This document shows, piece by piece, positions 1 to 13,580 of a stretch of DNA of 64,000 bases. The notes beneath the pieces are model-generated. The model ran no database searches, was not told where the DNA came from, and saw only the letters and a program-made list of their open reading frames with translations. Location of the stretch: positions 1-64,000 of the forward strand of contig CAXHJY010000194.1 of NCBI GenBank assembly GCA_964016885.1, in the 5' to 3' direction. The translations under genes and the position numbers were made by a program. The DNA comes from Eledone cirrhosa. Taxonomy: Eukaryota. Position 1 is the first letter of the stretch. Every line of letters starts with the position of its first letter.

Positions 1-466
1 ATGTCACAAGCTGTTAACTAATCTCCTCCTCCCCTTCCTCCTCCTCCACCTCTGCTTTAAAGGCAGCAGCAGCAGCTGTAGACATGGAAGGAGGAGGAAG
101 ATGTGGGATCTGCTTGTGTTTTCATCTTGATTACATTATATATCAGTTTTGCTTGTCATTTAACAAAGCAAACATTACTACTACTACTGCTACTGCTTCC
201 ACTACCACCACCACTACCACTACTTCCTTTGCTTGTTATTAAGATTAACCCTTCCTCTACCAACACCCCCCACCCACGTGGTAATTCTCCCTGAAATTAG
301 GCCAAGGTTCAAACAGAGAATGACACCAACCCCCTCCACCTCAAGGCTACCCCCTCCCCCCCCCCCCGCTTCAGCTCCTCATGCCCCTCACAATGTTTTT
401 CTGTTGTGTTTATTTTTTTAGGGGTTTATCCTCTGATTATTTCATTTACATTGTTTTCATTTGTAG

Positions 467-531
467 AGAGTTCTACTAAAGGCCCACAATTCTAGCAGTA
501 GCATTGTTGTTGTTGAAGATGTGTTCAAGAA
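467..531 (+). CDS. Weak candidate exon (RVLLKAHNSSSSIVVVEDVFK)
   Basis: Pyrimidine-rich acceptor ttgttttcatttgtag ending at 466, one open frame, weak donor gtaaac at 532. No homology recognised. Confidence 0.2.
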
Positions 532-576
532 GTAAACACCTCGAGCAATGACTGTCACCTTTTAAAATCATTGCTC

Positions 577-623
<47 letters not shown>

Positions 624-649
624 TAAATATATCTATGATATATAAAAAT

Positions 650-701
650 GACTTCTACAGGACTAAGAACTGTTTCATTTGTATAAAATCATGAGGAATG
701 C
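650..701 (-). ncRNA. Degenerate type-I hammerhead ribozyme (family C)
   Basis: Minus strand reads ttc-CUCAUGA-ttttatacaaat-GAAA-cag ttcttagtc ctg-UA-gaa. Stem III CAG/CTG and GUA triplet, one core substitution (CUCAUGA for CUGAUGA). Partial relative at 40982-41023. Confidence 0.55.
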
Positions 702-797
702 TTTTCTTTTCCGATCCCCTTCGTAAAAACCATCCTTAAGTTTTTTTAGTATCTATCATCATCATCATTGTTCAATGTCCATTTTCCATGCTAGCAT

Positions 798-845
<48 letters not shown>

Positions 846-979
846 GTGTGTATGTGTGTGTGTATAATACCAGGGCTGCAAAGCCTGATGACAGTTGTTT
901 TTCCTTGCCTGTTTGTAATTCTCCAAATTCCGTAACCTAAAGAACTTGATAGTGTAAGCCAATCAGTAAATAGATGTAA

Positions 980-1460
980 TTATCATCATGATCATGTCCC
1001 CTTTCCACCCCAGCATGGGTTGGAAAGAAGGGTTGTCATGGTCCAAGACCAGTTGTGTTGGAGTGACCAATCTTACTCGTTATGTTCCATATTTGGTCTT
1101 GTCTCTATGGCTGAGTGCCCTTCCTAATACCAACTACTTTACAGAGTGGCTTGGGTCTGTTTCCCATGACACCAGCACTGCCACTTAAGAGTGTATTGGA
1201 TGCTTTTTATTGGGGCATCAGTACTAGAGAGGTTGTTACATGCTAACCAGACTGGAGAGTCCTTTCCAACCTTTTATGATCTGTTTGATTTTCATTGCCA
1301 AACATTGTAGCCTTCATTATTTCACCATATTTACTTTTAATTATATTGTATTTTATCATGGCACCAGCACTAACCACTTTAGAGTGTACTGGGTGTATTT
1401 TATAGTGGCTCCAACAGTACCACTTTGCACAGTATACTGTGCACTAGAAAGGTTGTCTAG
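980..1460 (-). mobile_element. SINE 3' body with RTE-like tail and internal ~45-bp repeats
   Basis: Reverse complement of the ttaggaagggca..cagcc motif and catgctg/(gat)n tail seen in many copies across the window. Confidence 0.6.
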
Positions 1461-1506
1461 TCTAGTCTCTAAATCAAAATATACATATATATCATATATT
1501 ATGAAA

Positions 1507-1800
1507 GAGTAAAGAGCCTCTTCGATCATGGCTGGCCATGGGTTTTACACCTAGAAAGTTCCCCTCTGAAGTACAAGCCCAGGCAAAATGTTTCTGTGGA
1601 AGACCAGCAGTCACCCATGCATACCAGTTTCCCCTCTCCATGCCACAGATGTTCTCCAAGGAAAGGAATAGGCCAATACAGCTTGGTGCCATTGATGTCT
1701 ACAGTTTAGTGGAACTGGAACACCATGAAATAAAGTGTCGTTCTCAAGGACACAGCACACTGCCCAGTTTGGGAATTAAACTCACAACCTCATGATTGTA
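1507..1800 (-). mobile_element. tRNA-derived CORE-type SINE
   Basis: Reverse complement contains gtgtccttgagaacgacactttatttca (CORE-like). The 3' part is highly similar to 16112-16430. Confidence 0.7.
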
Positions 1801-1809
1801 TAGTAATTA

Positions 1810-2440
1810 GAATTAAAAAAGGATGAAACATTTCAGGGTGCCACTGCCTGTTGATAAGAAAAAAAAAGTTTCTCTATGAATGTAAGGATGGCTAAATGAT
1901 GCAAATGTGGGGATACGGATAGTAAATACAAAGGATATGTGAAAGCCTGAAAGAAATGAAACAAGCATGTTTTGATAGATGGGTAATGTTAATGTGTATG
2001 AATGGCAAAACATGGTGTAATGTAGTTTTAATGCACAGATTATTATTTAATGGAAAGGATGGGTTTACTGGGCACAGAGATGATGACAAACACTAGGGTT
2101 GTAGGTTTGAAATGAGGTACTTCAGAATGGTCTTTGGAGTAATGTTACTCAATAAGGTACATAGCTCAGAGAACATGGAGTCGCTCCAAGTAGAGCAGCT
2201 ATTTCTCCAAATCAAGAAATCACAGCTCTTGTACTATGGACATGTGGTTAGAATGTCTGAAGAAAGAATCCAGAGGTAGACCATGAGCAAGATAGATAAC
2301 ATTCATGAACTTGAGTGCTGTTGCTTGGGTATCCAACCAGATCAATTGGAGACAGTTGCTTCTGATAGGACCCTCTGTAAGGCATGTCTGAGGACTCTAC
2401 CCCTACAACCTTTTCTGGACTATATGGGTGAAGAAGAAGG
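1810..2440 (+). mobile_element. Two decayed RTE-clade LINE 3' fragments
   Basis: ERNETSM-like segment, then a second family with VEQLFLQI..SQL.YYGHVVRM. Relatives at 7520-7930 (+) and 8715-8822 (-). Confidence 0.6.
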
Positions 2441-2624
2441 TTTAAAAGTTTGAGCCAGAAATCACTATGTTCTGTGTTTAAAATGCTTCTGTTTGCTAAG
2501 TAAAGAACATATATGGCTAAACCCAGATTCCACCATATACCAGCTTGGAAAACCTAGTAAAATGTTCTCAACACAACATGGAATGATGTTTAGCAACATT
2601 TTATTTTTATTGTTTATTTAATAA

Positions 2625-2812
2625 TTCTTTCTACTTTTGGCACAAGGCCAGCAATTACCCAGTACATTACTGGTACTTTATTTTATCGACCTCATAATGA
2701 TGAAAGGCAAATTGACCTCGGCGGGATTTGAACTCAGAATGGAAAGGGCCGTAACTCTATGCGTCAAAGCATGACATCCGACCCTCTACCGATACTGCCA
2801 ATCCACCGCCCT
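2625..2812 (-). mobile_element. tRNA-derived SINE, (TTA)n-tailed family
   Basis: Reverse complement: ggcggtggattggcagtatcggtagag (A box)...gagttcaaatcccgcc (B box)...gcctttcatc...gtcgataaaataaagtaccag. Same family as the 36.9-45.4 kb cluster. Confidence 0.85.
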
Positions 2813-2911
2813 TGTTTATTTAATGAGAACATTCTTATCTTCAAGAAATTTTTTGTCTCCCATTAGAAAGGGATCAATGAATACAAAATAGTAAATTTGA
2901 GAACTCCTAGT

Positions 2912-3170
2912 ATCCACCTTTACATAACTGTATAGAGGTGCATGGCTTTGTGGTGAGGGTGTTGGACTCTGTCCATCATTACATAACTGTATAGAGGTGC
3001 ATGGCTTTGTGGTTAGGGTGTCGGACTCTGTCCACCATTACATAACTGTATAGAAGAGGTGCATGGCTTTATGCTGAGTGTGTTGGACTCACAATCATAT
3101 ATTCATATGTTCATTTCCTGACTTGGCAAAGCATTGTTCTTGAACGAGACACTTCATTTCACATTGCTTT
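2912..3170 (+). mobile_element. CORE-type SINE whose head plus 5' flank is tandemly triplicated (~59-bp unit)
   Basis: Three copies of tacataactgtatagaggtgcatggctttgtggttagggtgttggactc; the third continues into ttcttgaacgagacacttcatttcacattgc. Confidence 0.75.
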
Positions 3171-3535
3171 TCATAATTCGACTGGTGCCTCTATTATCAA
3201 AACACTTGGAAGCCAGCTAAACCTACTTAGGTGAGAGCTGTAACAACAATATAATATTACTGGAGCCCCCTTATCATTAAGACAACCAAACAACTTCCTA
3301 TGAGACACAATCTCATAGAAGGCCTGTGAAACCTACATAGGTGTGAGGAGCTGTAGATTTCATTTTTTTCAACCATGCATACAATCTCAAATTTTTTTCC
3401 CTGCAAACAATTTCTACATAACTTGTAACCTGTCTCTCATGCATCTGGTAAACCTCTACATTGTAATGTTACCTTATACATTACCCTTATGAGGTTTGCT
3501 AAATCAAAGTACCGGTGAAATACTGGGGTTTATAA

Positions 3536-3778
3536 CCCTTTTGATACCAAACCACCTGAAACTGTCCTTGCTTCTATGATATAAGACCGCATGTTTTAAT
3601 GTGTTCATACTTATATTAAAACCTAACATAAATTTTATGTAAAAAATGTTTGTTACAAATTCCAGCTTAGTAATAAAAATGTTATCTTAGTAAATTCCTC
3701 GAAATATTTGATTATTTTCAAAATTAATTGAAATACATAAGCAGAGTGTATTTCATTAGAAATATGGTAATGAAAGGG
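3536..3778. mobile_element. piggyBac-like MITE
   Basis: Ends CCCTTT...AAAGGG followed by TTAA (left TSD degenerate, ataa); interrupts a SINE. Relatives at 8303-8542, 24940-25490, 42123-42353 and 63050-63170. Confidence 0.75.
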
Positions 3779-4259
3779 TTAAACGACCACACCCTCCCTT
3801 CAAATTGTTGGCATTATGGTTTATATTAGAAACAAAAAAATCTTCAGTTTCAGGCTAATGCTTTGTTGTATTTGTTCTGGTTCTTTATGTTCAAATCCTG
3901 CCTAGGTCAACTGGGGTCAATAAAATACATACAGTACCAGTCATGTTAACTTTCTCTTCTTCCACAAATTATTGGCCTTGAGCCTAAATTATTAGCAACG
4001 TTGTATATATTTAGCCTCGGGTGAGTCCTGCTTGAGCAGTCTTATGATTAAGATGCTCCATTTGTGAACAGTGTATCTAGGACAATGTTATCTAGAGTGT
4101 GTTACATCATCTAAGACGATGTTATACATAAGGTGTGTGTCATGAGGACGGAGATTTAGCTGCTATTTTTAACAGGTAGAGGTTCCTTGTTAAACTATTT
4201 ATTGTTGTACTCCCAACTCTACCATGTTGCTACATTATCATAAACTTCACCGGCACAAC

Positions 4260-4495
4260 TATTGTTGGTGTTGTTGTTGTTGGTAGTGTGGTGGCATTTT
4301 TGGTGTTGTTGTTTTTGGTGGCGATGTGATTGTTGGTAGTGGTGTTGCTGATGTTGGTGTTATTGGTGTTGTTAGTGATGGTGGTAGTGTTGGTGATGGT
4401 GTTGTTAGTGATGGTGGTAGTGTTGGTGGTAGTATTGGTGGTGTTGTTAGTGAGGGTGGTAGTGTTGGTGGTGTTGTTAGTGTTGGTGGTGGTAT
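4260..4495. repeat. (GTT/GGT/GTA)n low-complexity trinucleotide repeat
   Basis: Direct reading; accounts for the Thr/Asn- and Val-rich ORFs. Confidence 0.9.
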
Positions 4496-4777
4496 CCTCT
4501 TCCCACCCCCTTATCTTCCCTTCCTCCCTACCTACCATCTAAGTGGTTTTACAGTTGCACCAACTACATTGCCAGTGTGTGCAATACTGCATTCCTTTCT
4601 CCAGCATTTCACAAGGAATTAACTGAGTGCATTTCAACCCATCTCCACCCTGAAGTTTGTGGAAATGCACACTCTGCACACGCTGCACACGCTTTCGTCT
4701 TCTTCTTACAGTGGGATTCACATTTGTGCATTTCATCAAATTAGACACGATGTGATTTGCCCTACATTACATGATAC

Positions 4778-5085
4778 TGTTGTCTGACTCTGCAGTTGCA
4801 TCACCACCGCCACTGATGTCTGACTGTAGTTGTACCACCACCACCACCACCACCACTGATGTCTGACTGCAGTTGCACCACCACCACCGCCACTGCTGTC
4901 TAATTGTGCAGTTGCACCAACACCACCACCACCACCATCATCACCATTGCTGTCTGACTGTGCAGTGACAACACCACTGTTGTCTAACTGTGCAGTTGCA
5001 CCACCACCACCATCAAAACTGCCGTCTGACTGTGCAGTTGCACCACGGCCACTACCACCACCACCACCACCACGGCTGCTGTTGT
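4778..5085. repeat. Minisatellite: tgtctgactgtgcagttgca + variable (cca)n
   Basis: About 7-8 degenerate units visible. Confidence 0.8.
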
Positions 5086-5455
5086 AGGTGTCTGTCTGTC
5101 TCTCACTGTCTACCTATCTCTCTCTTTCTCTGTCTTTCGGTCTCCCTTTCTCTCTCTCTCTTTTTTTTTCTATCTGTCTGTCTGTCTCTCTCTCTCTGAC
5201 TACTACTACCACCACCATGTGTTTATAGGTAGCTTATGGTTGACTCTGTGTGTGTGTGAACATTAACCCTTCCTCTTCCCTGCTACTATCTGTCTGTGTG
5301 TCTGCCAGGTATTCTTACTTCAAACACATTGACTCACACACACACATACATCCACGCACTATACTATATGTGTAAGTTCGTGTGTATGTGTCTGGATGTG
5401 TGTGTTTATATATATTTATATACATGGCCATACTCGATAACGAGGGGGCAGCCAT

Positions 5456-5525
<70 letters not shown>

Positions 5526-5555
5526 TGTATATATATATATGTGTGTGTGTGTGTT

Positions 5556-5790
5556 AATATTATTATTAACAGCAGCACAAATTAAAAGTTTAAGCAAACA
5601 ATTTCTACTTTCACTATATGCAGAAACAACACCTAAATATTTTTACAAAAATAATTTTCATAAAATATTTACATCCGTGTCCATGGATTGATATTTCTCA
5701 GTTTCAGAAGATTTCACTTTAGGATGAAAGCAGAAATTGTTTGCTTAAACTTTTAATCCGTGTTGATAATAAATATTTGCTCTATGAGCT
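5556..5790 (+). mobile_element. Fold-back element (family B) with degenerate hammerhead at 5699-5752
   Basis: Inverted arms 5556-5613 and 5725-5777. Motif cagttt-CAGAAGA-tttcactttaggat-GAAA-gca gaaattgtt tgc-UU-aaactt. Homologous to 22479-22680. Confidence 0.6.
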
Positions 5791-5816
5791 TATATATACT
5801 TGTGTGTGTATATATA

Positions 5817-5867
<51 letters not shown>

Positions 5868-6315
5868 GTGTGTGTATATATATATATGTGTGTGTATATA
5901 TATATATATGTGTGTGTGTATATATGTGTGTGTGTGTATATATATAAATGATGATGATGATTCATAGAAAAATGAGAATATTCAATTCTAGAACAGCTGT
6001 TAAAACAGCTAAATGCTGTCAAGGACCGCTATGGGCAAAAATGCCACTGGACAGACCAGTGGCCAGCGGTTAGCAGAGAGCCAATCTATGAGGTCAGTGA
6101 CAGTCAAAAGAAACATAGAAAAGGTTGAGAGAGGATTAGAAGCATACTTCGTTCAGTGGTGGTCCTTTAGAAAATTGGGTGTAGAAGAATGACTTGTGAG
6201 AGTGAGGAATTCAAAGTGCAGGTAGGGTTTGGTTCTCAGCCCACTGCTGTTCATCATGACTGAAGTGTCCTCCCAACCCTTGTTCGGCAAGCTTTTTACA
6301 GCTTGATGCTCTTCC

Positions 6316-6347
<32 letters not shown>

Positions 6348-8302
6348 GGAAGGGGATCCAGCCATAGAAACCAAGCCAAAATCAGCCTGTGTAAGTAAAA
6401 CACGATCCTTCGACCTGATCTCTCACAAAGGGACAGCCCATCCTACCCATGCTAAAATAGAAAATGGACATTAAATGATAATGATGATGATAATATATAT
6501 ACCATTTATGTTATGTTGTTTACCAATGGGTAGAACTGGTGATTCTCGTTAGTAAACGATGATGCAATAAATTAAAGCACTTGACATTATGCAAATCATC
6601 CATTGTAAATGTGGTATTCCGTAGCTGGTGCAAGAATGGAGTTAAATATTTATTAAAAACAAGAGAAAACCGGACTGGAAACTTTCCTTAAAATTTTAAT
6701 TCCAAGAAAAGTATACATATTTCAGTGGCCCAGTTTCATCATCCGATCATGATGTATGACTAAGAATATTTCATCAGGTGTTGATTGCAGAATTAGTTAT
6801 ATAAGACAACAGGGCTACAGCAAACACAAATAGAGAATAGAGGATAGATATGGTTCAGGGATGGCTTGACAATTTGGTGTTATTGTAATAGCAAAGAGGG
6901 GACACACACACACACACACACAAAATGAAATTATAAACTAAACTAATCCTTTTGGCTGTGACCAGGGGGTAGCATACACATGGGCTCCCACACCCCAGAG
7001 AGTGCTTCCCCACTCTGTCTGTGATGGGGGAAAACATTCCCCCCTCCCACATCAATGGGGCAATGATGCTGAGTTAGTCAACTGTAGAACAAGGACTGTT
7101 TGAAAATATACAATAGATATATATAATCAGCCAGTCAACAAGGTGTTTGCAGGTCAATATTATCAGGGCTTTCTTGAGGACACTGAATGAAGAGTCAGCC
7201 AAGTGTGACCATGGTCAAATAGGTAGCTTTCAGTTAATGTTTTTTGTGAGGTGTTATGAATGTTAGTTGGGGTGATGGAAGGTGTATGTGTGTGTATAGT
7301 AAGCAGGAAGGACAAGGGCTATAAGTTTGGTGACTGCTGCCGCTACTTCTACTACAATAGTATTATTGTGTTTGAGCCCCCCACTTGTAAAAATTTTCAT
7401 TTAGGTTTTCAGTATTATGTTCATTATATGTGTGTGTTGTGTATGTGTGTTTGTTGAGTTGTTAAATAAACAGTTTGTGTATTGATTTTGTAATTCAGCT
7501 CCCAACCCTTACCTATGGTCATCTTGGGTAATGACTGAAAGAATATGATCGTGAATACAAGCGCTGGAATAGGGTTCCTATGATGGGTTTTTGGAGTAAC
7601 ATTACTAGATAAAGTGCGTAGTTTAGAGATCAGAGAGTCACTCCAGGTAGAGCCACTATTTCTCTGAATTGAGAGATAACATCTCTGATATTATGGACAT
7701 GTGGTGTGAATGTCTCGGGGAAAGAACCGCTGGACAGATTTTATGAGCAAAACCAACCGGCAGGAGACCCAGATGATTGGATAACATCCATGAATTCGGC
7801 TGGTTGCACTTGGTGATCCAGTCAGATCAATTGGAGATAGTCGCTTTTGACAGGACCCATTGGAAGATGTGCTTGGGGACTCTGTCCCCACGACCCACCC
7901 AGAAATAAGTGAATGAAGAAAAAGAAGCTACTTAAGTTCATGTTGTTCTATGTTGTTTTACTTAAAGTTTTCAGTTTAAGAACAAATGCTTGTGTTCATG
8001 CCTGGAGCTCATAAGAATTTCCAATTTCTGATTAATTCCATGGTTTTTAAGTTTGATTATTTCCATGGATTCTGCTTTTACAACGTTGCAACCTTGATGT
8101 CCTGTTGCATAGGGGAGCGCATGCCTGATTATAGGCCATTTAGTTCTAAAAATCAACTTTCTTAGATGTCTGTATCTACATGCTTTGTTTTCGCTCTATC
8201 TTCCCTTTTCTCTGTTCTTTTGTATATGACATCCACTTGTAGATGAATTATGTATTTTTGCCTTGTAATTTGGTTCTTTTAACATTTCCTATCATTCATT
8301 AA

Positions 8303-8542
8303 TCCTTTTGATATCAAACTCCTTGAAAGTGCCACTGATTCTTTGATATAAAACTGATTTTCAAAAATTTGTTTATATTTCTTTAAAAATCTTCCATTAT
8401 AATTCTATGTAAGAACCTTTAATGTTATGCTTCAAACACCAGCTTAATAATAAGAAAGTTTATATTCAAATTCCTGATTATTTTCAAAATTATTTGAAAA
8501 CCATAGGCAATGTTTTTCATTAGAAATATTTTAATGAAAGAG
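8303..8542. mobile_element. piggyBac-like MITE copy
   Basis: TTAA on both sides, degenerate tccttt/aaagag ends, body similar to 3536-3778. Confidence 0.7.
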
Positions 8543-8820
8543 TTAAACAGACTTGACTATTTGATTAGGTTTAAATCTCTTGCAGTTTATGTTCTACTGT
8601 ATGAACATTCCTCAATCCCTCTCATAATCTTCTTCTTCTTTTTCTTTTTCCTTCTTCCCTCTCTTTTTCTTTTTCTTCTTCTTTCCTTATTACTGCTACT
8701 ACTACTGGAAGGGTTGTGAGGACAGAGTCCTTAGACATGCCTTCTAGAGAGTCATATTAGAAGCAACTGTCTCCAATTGTTCTGGCTAGATCTCAACTGA
8801 ACTTATGGATGTTATCCAAT

Positions 8821-8854
<34 letters not shown>

Positions 8855-9034
8855 TATATGTTATCTAGCATTGCGACCTCTGGTGTCTTCAGTCTAAGAT
8901 AAACCATCTGGTTTAAATTTGTTCTATGAGGTCCAATGGCAGATACAGCAGATATCACTGACTGTTTTCTGCAACAGCTTCGCTATCTTGTGTGTGGGAG
9001 TGCAGCTGGAATATACTATCTGGTCAATGGTTAT

Positions 9035-9312
9035 TGGAGGCACATGGCTTAGTGGCAAGGGTGTTGGACTTAACATAATAATGTGATGGGTTTGATTCTT
9101 AGACTGGGTTGTGTGTTGTGTTCTTGAGTAAAACACTTCATTTCACTTTCCTCCAGTATACTCAGCTGGAAATGAGTACCAGCAGTAGCTGGGGGTTTAA
9201 CCCTGCAATGGACTGGCATCCTGTCCCAGGCAGAGCCTCATACTCTCAGTTGCTTAATGCCACAGAAACTGGGATAAGTTCCGGCCTAATGAGCCTCTGC
9301 GAGACAGACTTT
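9035..9312 (+). mobile_element. CORE-type tRNA SINE
   Basis: ggaggcacatggcttagtggc (A box), ggtttgattc (B box), ttgtgttcttgagtaaaacactt core. Close relatives at 12422-12700 and 50965-51115 (-). Confidence 0.8.
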
Positions 9313-9557
9313 AGATATTTTTCAGTCAGTATTTTCTGTAGCTGGATGTCCTTCCTGATGCCAAACCATAATTTATTTAAATATAAAGTATTAAAGTGTT
9401 ATTTATATTTTGAAATTCTCAGATGATGTAGGAATCTCAAATGCAAAAAATAACTGTAGTCACAGTCAAATGCTATAAAAAATATCTTAGAAAAATGATG
9501 CATTTGGGATTTCTACATCTAAGAATTTCATTATTTATTTCTATAGTATGGTATATC

Positions 9558-9968
9558 TAGGGGTCTCAAACACATGGCCTGCAAACTACTTTTCCATGGC
9601 CCACTGCAGAACAATTTTGTTTTTCCTGTTTTAATAATATTTATAGTACAATTTATTGCAATTTACCCATGAAATACAATAAAATGGTGGTAGTGATGGG
9701 GGAATGAAATTTGGAAAATAGAAAAAAAAAAAGGGAATTTACCAAAAATAAAAATGCAAATTTTGTTCCCCTACATTTTTTTTACTAATTCACATATTCC
9801 ACTTACTATCATATTCATTTTGATAATAAAAAAAAAAGCCTATCAGCAGTGTTGTAGATTAACATTATAACTGGTGGAAATCACTGCCCTTCCCCATCTC
9901 TTTTTTGGCCTGCTGTTCCTCTCCCTAGGATGTATGACCCCTTTGAGTCCTTGAGTTTGAAACCCTCA
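9558..9968. mobile_element. hAT-like MITE
   Basis: Imperfect TIRs taggggtctcaaac / gtttgaaaccctca resembling CAGGGGTCTCAAAC hAT ends; possible degenerate 8-bp TSD ggtatatc/gctatata. Confidence 0.5.
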
Positions 9969-10661
9969 GCTATATACTGATGACACCCTCGGTTATAACT
10001 TATTTATAACACTAAAGCAAAGGTTTTCAGGTCTGCTTAAAAAAAACATCCCTATTAAAAAGCCTGAAACCTACAGAGTCCCTGTTTAAGAAATCATTTT
10101 TCCAAATATTTTCAAATTTAGAAAATCAATTATGTTTCTACATTTATTTTTCTGCTCTTTACATGTTGAAAATAATAAATTCTTTTAGGATTGGTGTAAT
10201 TTTATGTATGAAACACCATTAGTGCCATAATTTTTACAATAGAAAGCCATGCCTGTTGTGACATAATTAGCTTAATTATGTTTCGTATTGATTTTATTAG
10301 GTTTTCAATTGTTTGGTTTAATACGTTGTGAAATCATATTGATGGTGCCTCATTATGCAAAATAAAAATTACAAAAAAAAAATGTATGAATGAATATAAA
10401 ACAGAAATAAACCATAGCAACAGAAATGGTTTTCCTTTTGTCATCTTTTGGTGGATGAAATTTTAAATGTTACTTTAGACATGGAAACTACGAACATTTC
10501 AATACCCCCCTCCTTTCTCATATATATATATATATATCATCATCATCATCATTTAATGTCCATATTTCACATATATATATATATATATATAATTAGAAAG
10601 GCTGCAGGGACAGGCTGAAAATGGTTGACATGGATCGATAGATCAATAAACATACATGAAT

Positions 10662-10694
<33 letters not shown>

Positions 10695-10699
10695 CGTGT

Positions 10700-10955
10700 A
10701 GGTGTCACGAGAAAAAACACACAGTCCACGCTGTAATGTGGCCATGTAGGTAACACAGTAAAAAGTTCCCAGTTCCACACTGTAAATGTGGTTGGTGTTA
10801 GGAAGGGCATCCAGCCGTAGAAAACCTGCCAGATACAGTTCTATATGAGCGAGACATGGTCACCCGACCAACCTTGCCTCAAGTGGGACAACTCCCATCT
10901 AACCCATGCTAGCGTGGAAAATGGACGTTAAACGAAGATGATGATGATGATGATA
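10700..10955 (+). mobile_element. SINE 3' body with RTE-derived tail
   Basis: ttggtgttaggaagggcatccagccgtagaaaa...cccatgctagcgtggaaaatggacgttaaacg(atg)n. Confidence 0.8.
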
Positions 10956-11149
10956 TACACACATACATATACATACAGAGAGGGGTATATATATAGAGAG
11001 ATATATACACATAGAAAGAGGTGTGTGTATATATATATATATCTGTTCACACATGTTTATTGATCCATGACAACCATTTTCAGCCTGTCCCTGCAGCTTT
11101 TCTAACAATATTTCCACATGGAGTATTATCCACTTTATTGTCATTTGGA

Positions 11150-11620
11150 TATTGTGGGTTAGGTTGGGGTGATTTAACCACTGACAACTATGAGAGCCCC
11201 TCTTTGTGTATATTTGGAGAGAGAAACAGTTGGTAGTAAGAGTACCAGTGAAATAAATTTTTTTCCAATTCTAGGAAGGTACCATAGAAGTAGTTGATAG
11301 CTTCTGTTACCCAGGTGACCTAATTAGTGTGGTAGCTAGAATAATGAACCGGGTGGAAAAATTTCATGGAGCCACTGCCGCTGTTTATAAAAAAGGGATT
11401 TTCTCCTTGAGCAAAGGGTAGATGGTATGCTGCATGCATAAGAAGTGTGATGTTGCATGGCAGTAAGACATGGGCAGTAAACACAGAGGAGAGGATATGT
11501 GGAGGCTGGAAATAAATGAAGTGAACATGCTTCAATGGAAGTGTGATGTTAGAGTTCATGAATGATGTAGCATGCATGAACTGAGGGAAAAACTGGGTAT
11601 TAGAAGAATCAGATGCTGTA
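11150..11620 (+). mobile_element. Decayed RTE LINE fragment (C-terminal to RT)
   Basis: GWK.F.E..PL...KGFS...KGRWYAAC.RSVMLHGSKTW-like translation with stops and frameshifts. Confidence 0.75.
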
Positions 11621-12421
11621 TGCATATAGGTGTATATCCATGTGTGTGTATGCATATAGGTGTATGTATGCATGTGGGCATAAGAATGCATGTTTGTGTG
11701 TATGCTATGTGTATATGCGTGCATGTGTGTCTGTGAATAATGATTCTATTAGAGTAGTTATACTAACACACTGCTCTAATTAATATCAATTGTGTTAGCC
11801 AATTAACTGATAACGAATATTAATTGCTCTAAGTGCTCTTATTAACTACACAGGTACATCATACAAGGGTGTTGGCTGATATAATAGTAAAACCATTATC
11901 ATCAACATCATTACCACCACCACCACCAATATTATTACCATTAGTATCACCACTGCCACCACCACCGATATTATTATTACCACCAATATCACCACTGTCA
12001 CTGCCACCACCACCATAACTACTACCCTCACCTCCCATCATTTTACATTCATTTTTCTTGGGTTGGACAGGTGTTTACTAACACAGCTTCTCTCCATTTG
12101 TTGCATTTAGCATTTCTTCCCTTAAATTACCATCCATATATATCACATAGCTATACCAGTGCATACACACCCACCCAGCCACACACACATGTATATCCCC
12201 ATACAGGCATACACATACATGTATACACACTCAAACATATATACACATATCCAAACATACAAAATCTGTTTTTCTTTCTCTCCCTATATAGAAATGTCTT
12301 CCTCTGTAAAGTAAACCAAACTAAACTAGCTGAGCTCCCTTAGACCTCTGAATTAATGAAATACAATCATTCCCTTCTCCTGTTAATAAACTAACATCTA
12401 TACAGATGCTGAGCTTCTTTC

Positions 12422-12700
12422 TGGAGGTGTATGACCTAGAGGTGTTGGACATACAATCATAATGTTGTAGGTTCAATCCTTGGACTGAGCTATATGTTGT
12501 GTTTTTAAACAAAACACTTCATTCACATTGCTCCAGTATACTCAGCTGAAAATTATTACCAGATATAGCTGGAGGGTTTAACCCTGTGATGGACTGGGAT
12601 TGGTGTCCTGTCCTGGGTGAGTCTTGTACTCTGTCGCTTAACACCACGGAAACCAAGATAAGCACTGGTCTGGTTAACCTCCAGACATGAGACTGACTTT
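12422..12700 (+). mobile_element. CORE-type tRNA SINE
   Basis: Same head, core and body as 9035-9312. Confidence 0.75.
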
Positions 12701-12799
12701 AAACTTAGACATCTTTCTGTCTCTTGTGAATTAAATTAATTTAAGCTGGTTCTCTCTTAACTTTGCCAATTGTATCAATTTCTTTCTCTCTCTCTTGTG

Positions 12800-13580
12800 A
12801 AGTATTTATACTCTGTAAGAAGGGAAGAAGAAAGTGCAAGTTCTATGATGTGAGAACGAAAGATGTCAGGTTTCAGGATTGCAAGGTTGTGTGTCAGAAA
12901 ATCCTGATGTTATTGGAGAGAAGTGTGTCCAGAATGTCTGTGGTGTGTTTGTCCTCACCAATGAAGAGCAGAAAGAAGCATGGAAGTCCTGTTATGAGAG
13001 ACTGTTGAACGAGTAGAGGAAGACAAATGCATGAAAGGAAGAGGATCTGCCCAAAGTAGACCCAACAGTGGGATCAATTAGCAGCAGTATAGTAAGGCAA
13101 TTAAAGATATGAAGAGAATTAAAGTAGCTGGACAATGGAAATGCACTGAACAGCAGAATCTCTCAAGACATCAAGCTGATGGATCAGGTTATGAAAGTTG
13201 TTGACGAAGTTAAAATGAGACAGATCAAGAATCAAGTTAATCTAGACAAGGTGATGTTTGACTGTGCCATTTAGATGTACCCCTGGTCCTATACTCCTTC
13301 TGAAATAGCTGCAGAAGTACTTAGCTATGAGTAACCCTCTATATCTGGCATTTGTTGATATGGAGAAAGCTTTTGACAGAATGCCTCACTTCATAATATG
13401 ATGGGCTCTTAGGAAACTAAGGGTAGATGAACAGCTTGTGAGGGTTATACAATTCATGTGCAGAGGGGCTGTCAACAAAGTGAGTGTAGGAAATGAGTTT
13501 AGTGAGCAATACAAAATGTAGGTATGTGTATATCAGGGCTTGGTGTTCAGCCCACTCTTGTTATAGTTCTCCTGGCCACA
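12800..13580 (+). mobile_element. Decayed RTE LINE RT fragment
   Basis: IKLMDQVMKV, KPLYLAFVDMEKAFDRMP, WALRKLRVDE and HQG..SPLL-like motifs, interrupted by stops. Confidence 0.8.

Noticed and set aside
6700-6790. Hammerhead candidate (minus strand CUGAUGA...GAAA)
   Set aside because: No stem I partner or convincing stem III/NUH could be formed.
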